A stretch of 64,000 nucleotides of DNA from Thermodesulfobacteriota bacterium (GTDB taxonomy: Bacteria > Desulfobacterota > Desulfobacteria > Desulfobacterales > SURF-7). The notes beneath the pieces were generated by a model that worked only from the letters and a program-made list of their open reading frames with translations, was not told the origin of the DNA and ran no database searches. Location of the stretch: NCBI GenBank assembly GCA_049320885.1, contig JBMORA010000031.1, positions 58,245 to 122,244 on the forward strand, written 5' to 3'. The position numbers and the translations under genes were made by a program. Below, one piece after another: positions 1-9,775 of the stretch; positions within the stretch are counted from its first letter, which is position 1; each line of letters begins with the position of its first letter.

Positions 1-227
1 AATGAAAATGGAGAGAGGAGAAGGAGAGCCGCCGCCCAGGGGTTTCCGGCAAATACCGCGCAACAGTCTTTTTCGCGGAGCAGTCCGTCCGTTTCCGGTT
101 TGAATCTACTTCCACTTTAAATGGAAAACCACCCTCAGTCAATACAAAACCAAGCAGTCGTCCCGGAACAACGATTCGATGATTTTTTCTCCGGCTCGGT
201 CACAGTGCGCTTCGGCAGGGGATGGAT

Positions 228-1022
228 TTATTGGCTGGCCGGATGGGCGCTTTTTTTCGCGGCAACGCTTTTCCTGATCCAGTCGATCCAGATGTCAAAT
301 CCCTCCCCGGTCTTGGCCGACAGGCGAAAAATCGGCATCTGCGGATGAATCTGGCGGATATGACCCTCCGCCGCCGCCACATCGAAATCGAGGTAGGGCA
401 AGAGGTCGACCTTGTTCAGCAAAGCCACGTCGCTCTCCCGGAACATCAGGGGATATTTCAAGGGTTTGTCCTCCCCTTCGGTGACACTCAGGACCACCGC
501 CCGGGCATCCTCTCCGATATCGAATTCCGCCGGGCACACCAGGTTCCCGATGTTCTCGACCACCAACAAATCCAAATTGTCGCTGTCGATCCCGTCAAAG
601 GCGGTCTGGATCACATGCGCGGTCAGGTGGCAGTCGCCGCCGAATTCGTCCGTATTGATCTGCACCACGGGCACACCGGCCCTGGCGAGGCGGTCCGCGT
701 CATTGGTGGTGCAGATGTCGCCCACAATCACGGCGCATTTCAGCTCATCCCGGAGCAGGTTCAGGGTTTTTTCCAGGGTGGTGGTCTTGCCCGATCCCGG
801 GGAACTCATCATGTTCAAAACAAAAATACCCTTGCCGGAAAAAATCGCACGGTTTCTGCGGGCCATTTCCTCATTGACGTCCAGCACCCGGCGGAGCACC
901 TTGATCTCCCTTCCGGCCGTGGTCTTGCTTTCCACCCCGCCGCCGTGACGGTGTTCATGGTGGTGTTTATGGGAATCCTCATGATGACGGAATCGTATCA
1001 TCTTCATTTCCACATCCAGCAT
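228..1022 (-). CDS. hypB: Hydrogenase nickel incorporation GTPase HypB
   Basis: His-rich N-terminus (HHEDSHKHHHEHRH), P-loop SSPGSGKTT, CHL motif, ENIGNLVCPAEFDIGE, EGEDKPLKYP, NKVDL. Confidence 0.95.
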   Translation of the reverse strand: MLDVEMKMIRFRHHEDSHKHHHEHRHGGGVESKTTAGREIKVLRRVLDVNEEMARRNRAIFSGKGIFVLNMMSSPGSGKTTTLEKTLNLLRDELKCAVIVGDICTTNDADRLARAGVPVVQINTDEFGGDCHLTAHVIQTAFDGIDSDNLDLLVVENIGNLVCPAEFDIGEDARAVVLSVTEGEDKPLKYPLMFRESDVALLNKVDLLPYLDFDVAAAEGHIRQIHPQMPIFRLSAKTGEGFDIWIDWIRKSVAAKKSAHPASQ

Positions 1023-1122
1023 GGCGATAACTCCTGTAAAATTGTAAATTGATCCGGATGGAACCCGATACCCATCATGCTTGCATCACGCGCTGAAATC
1101 AATCATTTTGTGCTGTCCACCG

Positions 1123-2544
1123 TCAAATACCGAACACCCGCTTCATGGGAATCCCCTCTTCCGGATCGCCCTTCAGCACGGCGTACGCCTTGACCCCCTC
1201 GAGTTTCTTGGACAGTCTGGGCACCAGGGAAGTGTTTTTCATCTGCAACTCCATGAAAATATCCGTGGGCGGCTGGAAGCCCGCCTTGCGGCTCAATTCC
1301 CGGGTGAAACAATAAACATCCTCCAGTTCGTCGACCTTGACGATCTGGTTTACATGCAGGAATATTTCCGGAAAGGTCTTGAAAGCCTCCCGGACCCAGG
1401 GCGTATTGGAAAAAGTCTCGGCATAGACCCGTTCAATGCCCATCTCTTCCGCCAGGCGCAGAATCTCCCGGATCACCTGATAGAAAATGGGCTCGCGGTT
1501 TTCCAGCAATCCATCCTGACACTGTCCACTCAGGTCGTCCCGAAGCGCCCGGACGGTTTCAATGGCGTCCACCGCCAGGGCCATGCGGCCTTCCCCGTTC
1601 CGGAGAATGAAAAGCGGCAGCAGGTGGGCCTTCATGACAAACACGCCCTGATGAAAAACTTTTAAAATCTGATAATTGCGATCCAGGATCCAGGGGAAAA
1701 CGGTCCAGTAAATGTTCTCCACATGGCGATCGGCCTGGAAGGTCTTTTTGTCCGCAGTGCAATCTCCGGTCTGTTTCCCCAACAAAAGGTACCGGGAATC
1801 GCGACGCGCGAATTCATAATCGATTTCACGTCCCGCCGGGCAGATCAGGCCACCGGTGCCGGCAAGGGGCGTGATTCTGCCGATCTCGAAAAGGGCCATG
1901 GCGATTTCATCGGCAAAAACAGCCAGCCGCTCACTCTTCGGATCGGCGACATCGAAGGACGTGGCCTGGAAAAGACGCGCAAGGATGTCCTTTGCCAACA
2001 CCAGGGCCAAGGCCTTCCGACAGGCGGCGCTTCTCTCGCCGGCCCCTATGCTGGCAATCTTTCTGGTCAGGATTTTAGCGGCTGCTTGGGGCAATTCTCT
2101 TTCCGGGATGGAATTGAGCACATCCCGGCGGATGAAGCCATCGGCCAGAAACGGCCGCAGATCCGTTTTCCCGGCCCGGAGCAGTTCCTCCTGATTGTCC
2201 CGGATGATGCGGCCCACCAGCGACGGCGGGTTCAGATTGCAGAAAGGCTCCAGGCGCAGATCGAATTCCCTGGCATAATCACGATGCCAGGTATCGAAAA
2301 AACCGAACACGGCGGCCTTCAGGTTGAATCCGGGCTTTTCCAGCAATTCCGTGATCAGCCTGCCGGCGGCCAGATTCAGGCCTTTCTTGTTTTTCCGGGT
2401 ATTTTTCGGGGAAACGAAGCGATAGTCGCTGGGCAGACGTCCATACAACCGTCTGGCCTCCTGCAAAGGGATGCAAACCGGTCCGTTATGTTCGGTGAAC
2501 CCGATAATATACGGGTTGTATTCAGGTCGCTCCGGTGTCGGCAT
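1123..2544 (-). CDS. Hypothetical protein, possible C-terminal GNAT-like fold
   Basis: Long ORF in same orientation as its neighbours; ATG at 2544 chosen (ORF open to 2595); segment ALAVDAIE...ILRLAEEMGIERVYAE resembles GNAT motifs. Confidence 0.6.
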   Translation of the reverse strand: MPTPERPEYNPYIIGFTEHNGPVCIPLQEARRLYGRLPSDYRFVSPKNTRKNKKGLNLAAGRLITELLEKPGFNLKAAVFGFFDTWHRDYAREFDLRLEPFCNLNPPSLVGRIIRDNQEELLRAGKTDLRPFLADGFIRRDVLNSIPERELPQAAAKILTRKIASIGAGERSAACRKALALVLAKDILARLFQATSFDVADPKSERLAVFADEIAMALFEIGRITPLAGTGGLICPAGREIDYEFARRDSRYLLLGKQTGDCTADKKTFQADRHVENIYWTVFPWILDRNYQILKVFHQGVFVMKAHLLPLFILRNGEGRMALAVDAIETVRALRDDLSGQCQDGLLENREPIFYQVIREILRLAEEMGIERVYAETFSNTPWVREAFKTFPEIFLHVNQIVKVDELEDVYCFTRELSRKAGFQPPTDIFMELQMKNTSLVPRLSKKLEGVKAYAVLKGDPEEGIPMKRVFGI

Positions 2545-2691
2545 GACAAATTCCGCCTGGGTTCGTTGGCAATCGGGTTGGTACTTACCCCCCACCGGGT
2601 TCTCCCCGCCCGGTGAAACGGAATCACTTTTCTATAATTCCGTCGAAAAGTCAAACGGTCCGAAGCGACCATCGCGCTGATTTTTCACGGG

Positions 2692-4482
2692 TCAGAACCC
2701 ATACCCGCGCCTTACGGTCTCCGGGTCCAGGGACGTCAGCAATTCCTTCATCCGCTGGGCGACTTCTTCGTACTTCAAGCGGACTTCCTCCCGGAAGTCC
2801 TCATGGATCGTATCCATGGCCGCCTTGCATTTTTCCATGATCCGCCGGCTCTGCCGCCACAGATTCTCGGCCTGCCGCACCGCTTCCTTGGAATTTTTCA
2901 TGACCGTGCCGGAATACCGGCTGACCTGCTCCTTCAAATATCGATAGCCGTCATCCAGATGGGAAGAGATCTCATCGACCTTCAGCGTTTCCTGGGTGAT
3001 CATGTGGAAATGATGCCCCATGATGCAGTATTTGATCACCTCGCCGAACACCTGCCGGTTTTTGAAAAAATGCCGGCCGACGAATTTCAGGTACTGCCAG
3101 CCGTAGGGGCTGAACGACTGCATGGAAAGCGACTTCAACAGCATGAGGATTTCCTTGCCGCCGATCTCCCGCTCAAAATGGGGTGCCTCCCCCAGATTGT
3201 CCAGAAACCGGGTACAGCGGGAGAAGTAGTTTTTCAGGTTTTTGTCGTAAATCGCCCCCAGCACCTCACGATACCCCGCCTTTAATCGCCCCGGCTCCAT
3301 CTTCGGCTCGAAATTCAGTCTCAGGCAATGGGTATTGTTGCCGTTGGAAGTCGACCGGATGCGGCCTTCGCGTTCCAGACGGTGGTACAGATCGGTGCCG
3401 GGCAGGGCGGTCAGCAGACCCACCATGGCCTTGGGGATGGCGGCCTGCTGGATGAAGGATATCTGACGTTGGAAAATTTCTTCCGTATCGTTGTCGAAGC
3501 CGAGGATAAACCCCGCCATGACTTCCATTCCATGCCGCTGGATGGATTGCACCGCTTCCCGTAAATCGGTTTTCAGATTCTGCAGCTTGCCGGTTTCCCT
3601 CAGGCTTTCCACTGAAGGCGTCTCGATGCCGATGAACACTTCGTTGAATCCGGCGTCCCGCATGCGGCTCATCAGCGCGGTGTCTTCCGCCAAGTTGATG
3701 CTGGCCTCGGTGAAGAAACGGAAAACAAACCCATGCTCGGATTGCCAGGTCTGCAACGCGGGCAGCAAATCCGTTTTCACGCTGCGTTTATTGCCGATGA
3801 AGTTGTCGTCCACGATGAAGACAGGCCCCCGCCATCCCAGATGGAAAAGGGTGTCCAGTTCCGCCAACACATCCCGCGGCGACTTGACCCGGGGACGGTT
3901 GCCGTAGACCTTCCAGATATCGCAGAACTCGCATCGGAACGGGCATCCACGGCTGTATTGGATGGACATGGAAGCATAGGCATCGAGGTTCAACAGGTCG
4001 AAACGGGGAATCCGGCTGCGGGTAATATCCGGTTTTTCCAGACACTGCACCAGGGCGGGAGCGGTTCCAGCCTCCAGCCGGGCAAAAAAGGACGGAAAAA
4101 TCTCCTCGATCTCGCCTGCCACAATATGGTCCACGCCGGTTATTTCCCGGAAATGGGAATTGGCGTAAGGCCCTCCCAGGATCGTCCTTTTTCCCAATCG
4201 CCGGCAGGCGGCGACGACCTGTTCCACCGATGCCTGCTGAACGATCATGGCGGAAATGAATACCGCGTCGGCCCAGCGGATATCGTCCTCCCGGAGCTCC
4301 TCGATGTTCATGTCCACCAGTTTCAACCGGCAGGGATCGGGAAAATACGCCGCCAGGGAGATCAGTCCCAGGGGCGGCTGGCCGCTCTTTTTCCCGATAA
4401 ACCGCAGGGCATATTTGAAACTCCAGTAAGTATTGTTCGGCACTTCAGGATAAACCAATAGAATATTTTGTAATTGCAGCAT
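2692..4482 (-). CDS. Cobalamin-binding radical SAM protein (HpnP/DUF4070-like family)
   Basis: N-terminal B12-binding domain (PPLGLISLA, ISAMIVQ, GGPY), CxxxCxxC motif GCPFRCEFC, VDDNFIGN, GIETP; GGAGG upstream of ATG at 4482. Confidence 0.88.
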   Translation of the reverse strand: MLQLQNILLVYPEVPNNTYWSFKYALRFIGKKSGQPPLGLISLAAYFPDPCRLKLVDMNIEELREDDIRWADAVFISAMIVQQASVEQVVAACRRLGKRTILGGPYANSHFREITGVDHIVAGEIEEIFPSFFARLEAGTAPALVQCLEKPDITRSRIPRFDLLNLDAYASMSIQYSRGCPFRCEFCDIWKVYGNRPRVKSPRDVLAELDTLFHLGWRGPVFIVDDNFIGNKRSVKTDLLPALQTWQSEHGFVFRFFTEASINLAEDTALMSRMRDAGFNEVFIGIETPSVESLRETGKLQNLKTDLREAVQSIQRHGMEVMAGFILGFDNDTEEIFQRQISFIQQAAIPKAMVGLLTALPGTDLYHRLEREGRIRSTSNGNNTHCLRLNFEPKMEPGRLKAGYREVLGAIYDKNLKNYFSRCTRFLDNLGEAPHFEREIGGKEILMLLKSLSMQSFSPYGWQYLKFVGRHFFKNRQVFGEVIKYCIMGHHFHMITQETLKVDEISSHLDDGYRYLKEQVSRYSGTVMKNSKEAVRQAENLWRQSRRIMEKCKAAMDTIHEDFREEVRLKYEEVAQRMKELLTSLDPETVRRGYGF

Positions 4483-4719
4483 TGTCGAGTCCTCCGACAT
4501 GTATGAAATTGAATTGGTTTTGATCGGTGTCCATTTCGTGCGAATCGTGGCCCCTGAATACTCATGTAGCCCGAAGATCACCTGCTGGCAATGTTTATAT
4601 GCTGCTTTTACAATAGTTTTACAAGGCCTGCATGTCGCCTTCCTACCGACGTTTTCCGCGAAAAGATTTCGCTGTCGTATCGGGCCGGAGCGCCTTTTTC
4701 CCGGCGCCGGCAATTTTCG

Positions 4720-4845
4720 GTGAATGTCCTTGATAAGAATGACATCTATGAATTGATTGAGAAGCAGTCCCGGATCATTTTCCGCATTAAACCGGACCGG
4801 ATCGATGTCCTATCAGTGATCCACGGAGCATGGCGGCTACCGCAA
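4720..4845 (+). pseudogene. C-terminal remnant of a RelE/ParE family toxin
   Basis: Translation DIYELIEKQSRIIFRIKPDRIDVLSVIHGAWRLP matches the typical ParE C-terminus (ELI..YRIIYR....V.VL.V.HGAR.L); no N-terminal half or antitoxin visible. Confidence 0.6.
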
Positions 4846-5191
4846 AAAAACAGCCGGGAAGTGGATTTCCCGGCGGTAAGGTACGATATGGATCTGTCTC
4901 TGTCTTTCCGCGGCCTCCTCCCGGGGTGCCAAGATCGCCAGCAAGAAGGTGCTGGATCTTTCCAAGTTGATATAAAACTGAGGGCGAGCCAAACATTCTT
5001 GATGAAATATCATTACCTATCGGTGAGCACGGCACGGCGGGACTGAATATATGTCAATTATTTTGTGAATCCAATGGATTAGTTTTTCAAATATCCCGCA
5101 AGATATTGACTTTTTAGTTACATCGGTCTATTCATTCTCTGCATTGCAGCAACTGTTTGGTAATGCTTAATTTCGATAAAGGAAGTACCCC

Positions 5192-5845
5192 ATGCCAACA
5201 ATTGTAATATATGGTGCCGGTGGATTCGCCAGAGAGGTCGCCTGGCTCATTCCCTCATCCAATATGAAACAATATGAAATCGCATGTTTTATTTCCGATA
5301 CCCCGGAAGAACAGGGTTTGGTGATCAACGGGATTGCCGTAATGAGCCTTGAAGAGACCCGAAAAAGATATCCATCCGCATCAGCCATTGCCGCCATTGG
5401 GAATCCCGCTGGCCGGGAAATCATCAGCAACAGGGCAAAAGAAAACGGGTTCTGCTTCGCAACCATTATACACCAAGAAACCCTGAAGTCCGAATGGATT
5501 AAGATCGGCGAGGGAACTGTAATTTGCGCTGGGAATATTTTAACGACAAATATTGAAATCGGGCGGCACGCCCAGATCAATCTGGGGTGTACCATTGGTC
5601 ATGATGTTATTATCGGTGATTATTCGACCCTCTCTCCAGGGGTGCATGTCTCCGGTAGAGTTCATATCGGAAACCGTGTGTATATCGGTACGGGTGCTGT
5701 CATTATCGCAGGGACCTCTGAACGTCCCATCGTGATTGAGGATGATGTCGTCATCGGCGCTGGTGCCTGCGTAACCAGATCACTTGCTGGCAAGCAAACC
5801 TATGTCGGTGTTCCGGCAAAATCCATCCGAACAGCGCACCTATAA
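5192..5845 (+). CDS. Sugar acetyltransferase, NeuD/PglD family (hexapeptide repeat)
   Basis: IYGAGGFAREV N-terminus, AIGNP..R, hexapeptide repeats with IGHD, GAGACV, YVGVPAK. Confidence 0.9.
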   Translation: MPTIVIYGAGGFAREVAWLIPSSNMKQYEIACFISDTPEEQGLVINGIAVMSLEETRKRYPSASAIAAIGNPAGREIISNRAKENGFCFATIIHQETLKSEWIKIGEGTVICAGNILTTNIEIGRHAQINLGCTIGHDVIIGDYSTLSPGVHVSGRVHIGNRVYIGTGAVIIAGTSERPIVIEDDVVIGAGACVTRSLAGKQTYVGVPAKSIRTAHL

Positions 5846-7081
5846 ATGACAACCAGAAACCGGCAAACTTCCGATCCTAATTATCCACCAAGCGATCTAT
5901 CCTGGTTGGGCAGGTTGCGAGGGGCAGCCATCATCATGATAGTCGCCTGGCATGTGAATCAATTGCCCTTCAGCGGATTGTTTCTTCATAAATATACCAG
6001 ATTTCTGCTGCCGTTTTTAGATCAGCCCGGATTTCAGGACCTGTTTACAACCACCTCCAGCGTGCAATTCTTTTTTCTGCCCATCGCCACATTTTGTAAT
6101 CTCGGATACCAAGGCGTGCATCTTTTTTTCGTTTTAAGCGGATTCGGCTTGGTTTTGTCCTGGAACGCCTCCTTGAGGAAACAGAAAATCGACCGGTTTT
6201 TCCTGTTCTCATGGATGCGCAGACGATTTATGCGGATTTCTCTTCCGCTGTGGTTTTCCTTGGTCATCGTACTTGTTTTTTTACTACTTTTCGGCCCTAG
6301 AAAAATATATTATGTTACCAACCTTCCGGATAGTCCGGTTGTCTGGCTGAGGTTATCCTTGCTCACGGCGTTGGGCCTAAATGGACTATTCCCAGGAACT
6401 ATATATAGTATCAATCCTCCCCTCTGGTTTATTGCGCCGCTTTTCCAGTTTTATCTCATTTTCCCAATCCTGGTCGTTCTTTTAGATCGATACGGACCCG
6501 GAAAATTTATGATTTTTTCCATCATTATCACTATTGTATCTCGCTTTATTTTTATATTTTATTTACAAAAATCCATCGGATGGCCTTTTGCTTTAGGCTC
6601 GTTCATCGGGTGCCGGCTGGCGGAGTTCGGTTTCGGCATGTCGATGGCGACATGGTATCCAGAACAACATCGGAAATGGATACCTAACCTGAAAAATACT
6701 CTCCTTACCCTGTCAGGTTATGCAATGGGTCTGGTTCTGGCAACGACTCTCTGGGGAGCCTTGTTTTCCGAAATGTTCATCGGCGTGTTTCTGTTCGTAC
6801 TCCTGTATTTTTTCTTTAATCGATTTAATTGGCTATCGATGGAACGGATCGGCAAATATTCATTGGGTATTTTTCTAATTCATTATCCCTTGATGTATCC
6901 ATTACAAAAATTATTTGGTTTGGTTTTACCGAATTATATCTTGTATGGTCAGCTGATAAATTTTATTTTGGTTATGATAACATTGTTTTATTTCGGGATC
7001 GCTTTTGAATGGTCCTTATCCCGACTGATGCCGTTCCTGCAGCCCACAAAATGCAACCATGGAGAAGGGAATGTATCTTGA
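5846..7081 (+). CDS. Acyltransferase family 3 (OafA-like membrane O-acyltransferase)
   Basis: LRGAAIIMIVAWH, GVHLFFVLSGF, RRRFMRI, LWFI...QFYLIFP, SLGIFLIH; multiple TM segments. Confidence 0.9.
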   Translation: MTTRNRQTSDPNYPPSDLSWLGRLRGAAIIMIVAWHVNQLPFSGLFLHKYTRFLLPFLDQPGFQDLFTTTSSVQFFFLPIATFCNLGYQGVHLFFVLSGFGLVLSWNASLRKQKIDRFFLFSWMRRRFMRISLPLWFSLVIVLVFLLLFGPRKIYYVTNLPDSPVVWLRLSLLTALGLNGLFPGTIYSINPPLWFIAPLFQFYLIFPILVVLLDRYGPGKFMIFSIIITIVSRFIFIFYLQKSIGWPFALGSFIGCRLAEFGFGMSMATWYPEQHRKWIPNLKNTLLTLSGYAMGLVLATTLWGALFSEMFIGVFLFVLLYFFFNRFNWLSMERIGKYSLGIFLIHYPLMYPLQKLFGLVLPNYILYGQLINFILVMITLFYFGIAFEWSLSRLMPFLQPTKCNHGEGNVS

Positions 7082-7183
7082 ATGAAATTCGACAATGATC
7101 TTTATTAAAATAAGATTTTTGTATATGCATCCATTGTGGATGCGGCTCCAGCCATCTGCATTTTTATAGCATAAGGATGAATC

Positions 7184-8398
7184 GTGATGATGGAAATCGA
7201 TGTTTCTGTAAAATCTGCGCCGAATGATTTCGCCATCTTGGGCGGAACTCCCGTTTTTCCGGAAAAACTCCATGTGGGAAGACCGAACATTTTAAACAAA
7301 GCCGCCCTATTGACCCGTATCAACCAGATGTTGGAACGATGCTGGCTGACCAATAACGGTCCCCTGGTTCAGGAGTTTGAACAAAAAATTACCGATATAA
7401 CCGGTGTAAAGCACTGCATCGCCATGTGCAATGGAACCATCGCCCTGGAAATCGTCATTCGCGCCCTCGGAATGACGGGCGAAGTCATCGTTCCCTCGGC
7501 AACGTTCATCGCTACGGCCCACTCCCTTCAATGGCAGGGTGTCACTCCGATATTCAGCGACATCGATATCCATACCCACAATCTGGACACCGCCAAAATT
7601 GAACGGATGATCACACCCCGGACAACGGGTATCATCGGTGTTCATCTATGGGGTCGGCCGTGCGATATCGAGGCCCTGACCGATGTGGCCAACCGACACG
7701 GGTTGAAACTGATCTTCGATGCGGCCCATGCCTTTGGATGCACATACAAAGGGAAAATGATCGGAAATTTCGGTAATGCCGAAGTCTATAGCTTTCACGC
7801 CACCAAATTCATCAACACTTTTGAAGGCGGCGCCGTGGTAACCAACGACGACCATCTGGCTCAAAAAATCCGGTTGATGAAAAACTTCGGTTTCGCCGGT
7901 TACGACAACGTCATTTATATCGGCACCAACGGTAAAATGAGCGAGATATCGGCCGCCATGGGTCTGACATCCGTTGAGAGTATGGACGAAATCATCAGCG
8001 CCAACAGGACCAACTACCATCTGTATCAACACCTGCTGGAGGCGATTCCCGGAATTTCCCTGATCAGCTATAATAAAAAAGAACGGATGAATTATCAGTA
8101 TATCATCATTGAAGTTGACGAGAAGGCCGCCGGCATAGCCCGTAACCGGATTGTGGAGATCCTCCACGCGGAAAACATTATCGCCAGGCGCTATTTTTTC
8201 CCCGGTTGCCATAAAATGGAACCGTATCGATCCTACTTTCCCCATGCCGGATTGTTGCTGCCGGAAACGGAGAAACTGCTGGATCGCGTCATCTCGCTAC
8301 CCACCGGCACAGCCATCACGGAAGAACATATCCGGAAGATATGCGCCACCTTGAGCGCCATCATCCACCACAGTGGTTCCCTGCGGGAAAGGGCTTGA
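7184..8398 (+). CDS. DegT/DnrJ/EryC1/StrS PLP aminotransferase (VioA/DesI-like NDP-4-keto-6-deoxysugar transaminase)
   Basis: LHVGRPN, NNGPLVQEFE, NGTIAL, DAAHAFG, SFHATK (PLP Lys), EGG, NGKMSE, RRYF, SLPTG. Confidence 0.92.
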   Translation: MMMEIDVSVKSAPNDFAILGGTPVFPEKLHVGRPNILNKAALLTRINQMLERCWLTNNGPLVQEFEQKITDITGVKHCIAMCNGTIALEIVIRALGMTGEVIVPSATFIATAHSLQWQGVTPIFSDIDIHTHNLDTAKIERMITPRTTGIIGVHLWGRPCDIEALTDVANRHGLKLIFDAAHAFGCTYKGKMIGNFGNAEVYSFHATKFINTFEGGAVVTNDDHLAQKIRLMKNFGFAGYDNVIYIGTNGKMSEISAAMGLTSVESMDEIISANRTNYHLYQHLLEAIPGISLISYNKKERMNYQYIIIEVDEKAAGIARNRIVEILHAENIIARRYFFPGCHKMEPYRSYFPHAGLLLPETEKLLDRVISLPTGTAITEEHIRKICATLSAIIHHSGSLRERA

Positions 8399-8402
8399 TG
8401 TC

Positions 8403-9347
8403 ATGAGCGAATATACCGTTGACTACTCCATTATTATACCGGTTTACTATAACGAAGGCAGTCTTGCAAAAACATTTGATATACTGAAAAAGGAAGTTAT
8501 TGGCAGGAATCCGGATTTAACGGCCGAGATCATTTTCATCGATGACGGCTCCGGAGACAATTCCTTCCAGGAAATGACCGAATTGAAAAATGCCGCCCCA
8601 CAACTGGTGAGGCTGATTAAATTTACCCGTAATTTTGGACAACTTCAGGCCATCATGGCTGGATTCAAACTAGCCAGGGGAAAATGCGTGATCAACATAT
8701 CGGCGGATCTTCAAGATCCTCCAGAACTGATCAATGAAATGATTTATTATCATTTCCAGGAACACCGCGAGATTGTCATCTGCACCCGTGAAGCACGGGA
8801 TGAATCTTTTTTCCGGCGGGTGACGTCGCAGCTTTTCTATTCCATCATGAAACGCCTGAGCTTTCCGAACATGCCGCAAAAAGGCTTCGATTTCGTACTG
8901 CTCAGCGACAAGGTGAAGCAAGTCATCCTGAACAGCCGGGAATCCAACGCATTTTTTCAGGGACAGATCCTTTGGACCGGATATTCCATACACTTTATCC
9001 CCTATGTCAGAAGACGCAGGGAAATCGGTAAATCCCGTTGGACGTTCGGGAAAAAAATCAAATACCTGATCGACGGGGTGATGAGTTATTCCTATTTTCC
9101 GATCCGGATGATGTCGGTCATCGGCGCCATCACGGCTTTGATCGGCTTCGGATATGCGTTTGTTATTTTCACGGCCTGGCTATTCGCCGGCGGGTCGGTG
9201 AAAGGCTGGGCTCCTCTGATGATCGCCATCCTCGTCCTGAGCGGCGTGCAAATGCTGATGATCGGTATTGTAGGGGAATACCTGTGGAGAACCCTGGACC
9301 AGGTGCGGGAGCGGCAACCGTACATCATTGACCGGATTATCGAATGA
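8403..9347 (+). CDS. GT2 polyprenol-phosphate glycosyltransferase (GtrB/ArnC-like)
   Basis: IIIPVYYNE, DDGSGD, RNFG, ADLQDPP, two C-terminal TM helices, GIVGEYLWR...R.PY. Confidence 0.92.
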   Translation: MSEYTVDYSIIIPVYYNEGSLAKTFDILKKEVIGRNPDLTAEIIFIDDGSGDNSFQEMTELKNAAPQLVRLIKFTRNFGQLQAIMAGFKLARGKCVINISADLQDPPELINEMIYYHFQEHREIVICTREARDESFFRRVTSQLFYSIMKRLSFPNMPQKGFDFVLLSDKVKQVILNSRESNAFFQGQILWTGYSIHFIPYVRRRREIGKSRWTFGKKIKYLIDGVMSYSYFPIRMMSVIGAITALIGFGYAFVIFTAWLFAGGSVKGWAPLMIAILVLSGVQMLMIGIVGEYLWRTLDQVRERQPYIIDRIIE

Positions 9348-9775
9348 GGATGGATTTGAATAAAAAATTGAAATTTCGCACCGGGGTGATCCAGTTTGAA
9401 AAATATGTGGCGGTGGGCATCCTGAACCTGTTTTTCACCCTGGCCGTCTATTTTGTTTTTCTCAAACTGCTCCACTCCCATTACCTGGTAGCCTATTCGG
9501 TATCATGGCTCGCCGGGGTTTTATTCACCTATGTCATCAATTTCGTCTGGGTGTTCAAACCGGAAAAGCAATTGGAATTCCGCTCCCGGTTGCCCAAATA
9601 TTTCATCGTCTACATTTCTTCATTTCTGATCAATTTCTTTTCCCTGAAACTGTTGACGGAATTCACAGGATGGGATCCGCTGATCGTTCAGATGTTTATC
9701 CTGCCCATTATCGTTTTTATCAACTTTTTTGGGATGAAATGGTGGTCGCTGAGACATCGTGAGGTTCCGGATTAA
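9344..9775 (+). CDS. GtrA family lipid-linked sugar flippase
   Basis: 143 aa, four TM helices, KY..VG..N and NFVWVF motifs; follows GtrB-like gene with ATGA overlap. Confidence 0.88.
   Translation: MRMDLNKKLKFRTGVIQFEKYVAVGILNLFFTLAVYFVFLKLLHSHYLVAYSVSWLAGVLFTYVINFVWVFKPEKQLEFRSRLPKYFIVYISSFLINFFSLKLLTEFTGWDPLIVQMFILPIIVFINFFGMKWWSLRHREVPD

Noticed and set aside
1..227. Possible ncRNA or gene start downstream of hypB
   Set aside because: No recognisable RNA motif or convincing ORF; truncated by the window edge
2692..4482. Calling the radical SAM gene hpnP (hopanoid 2-methylase)
   Set aside because: Family resemblance only; no hopanoid genes nearby and specificity cannot be read from the sequence
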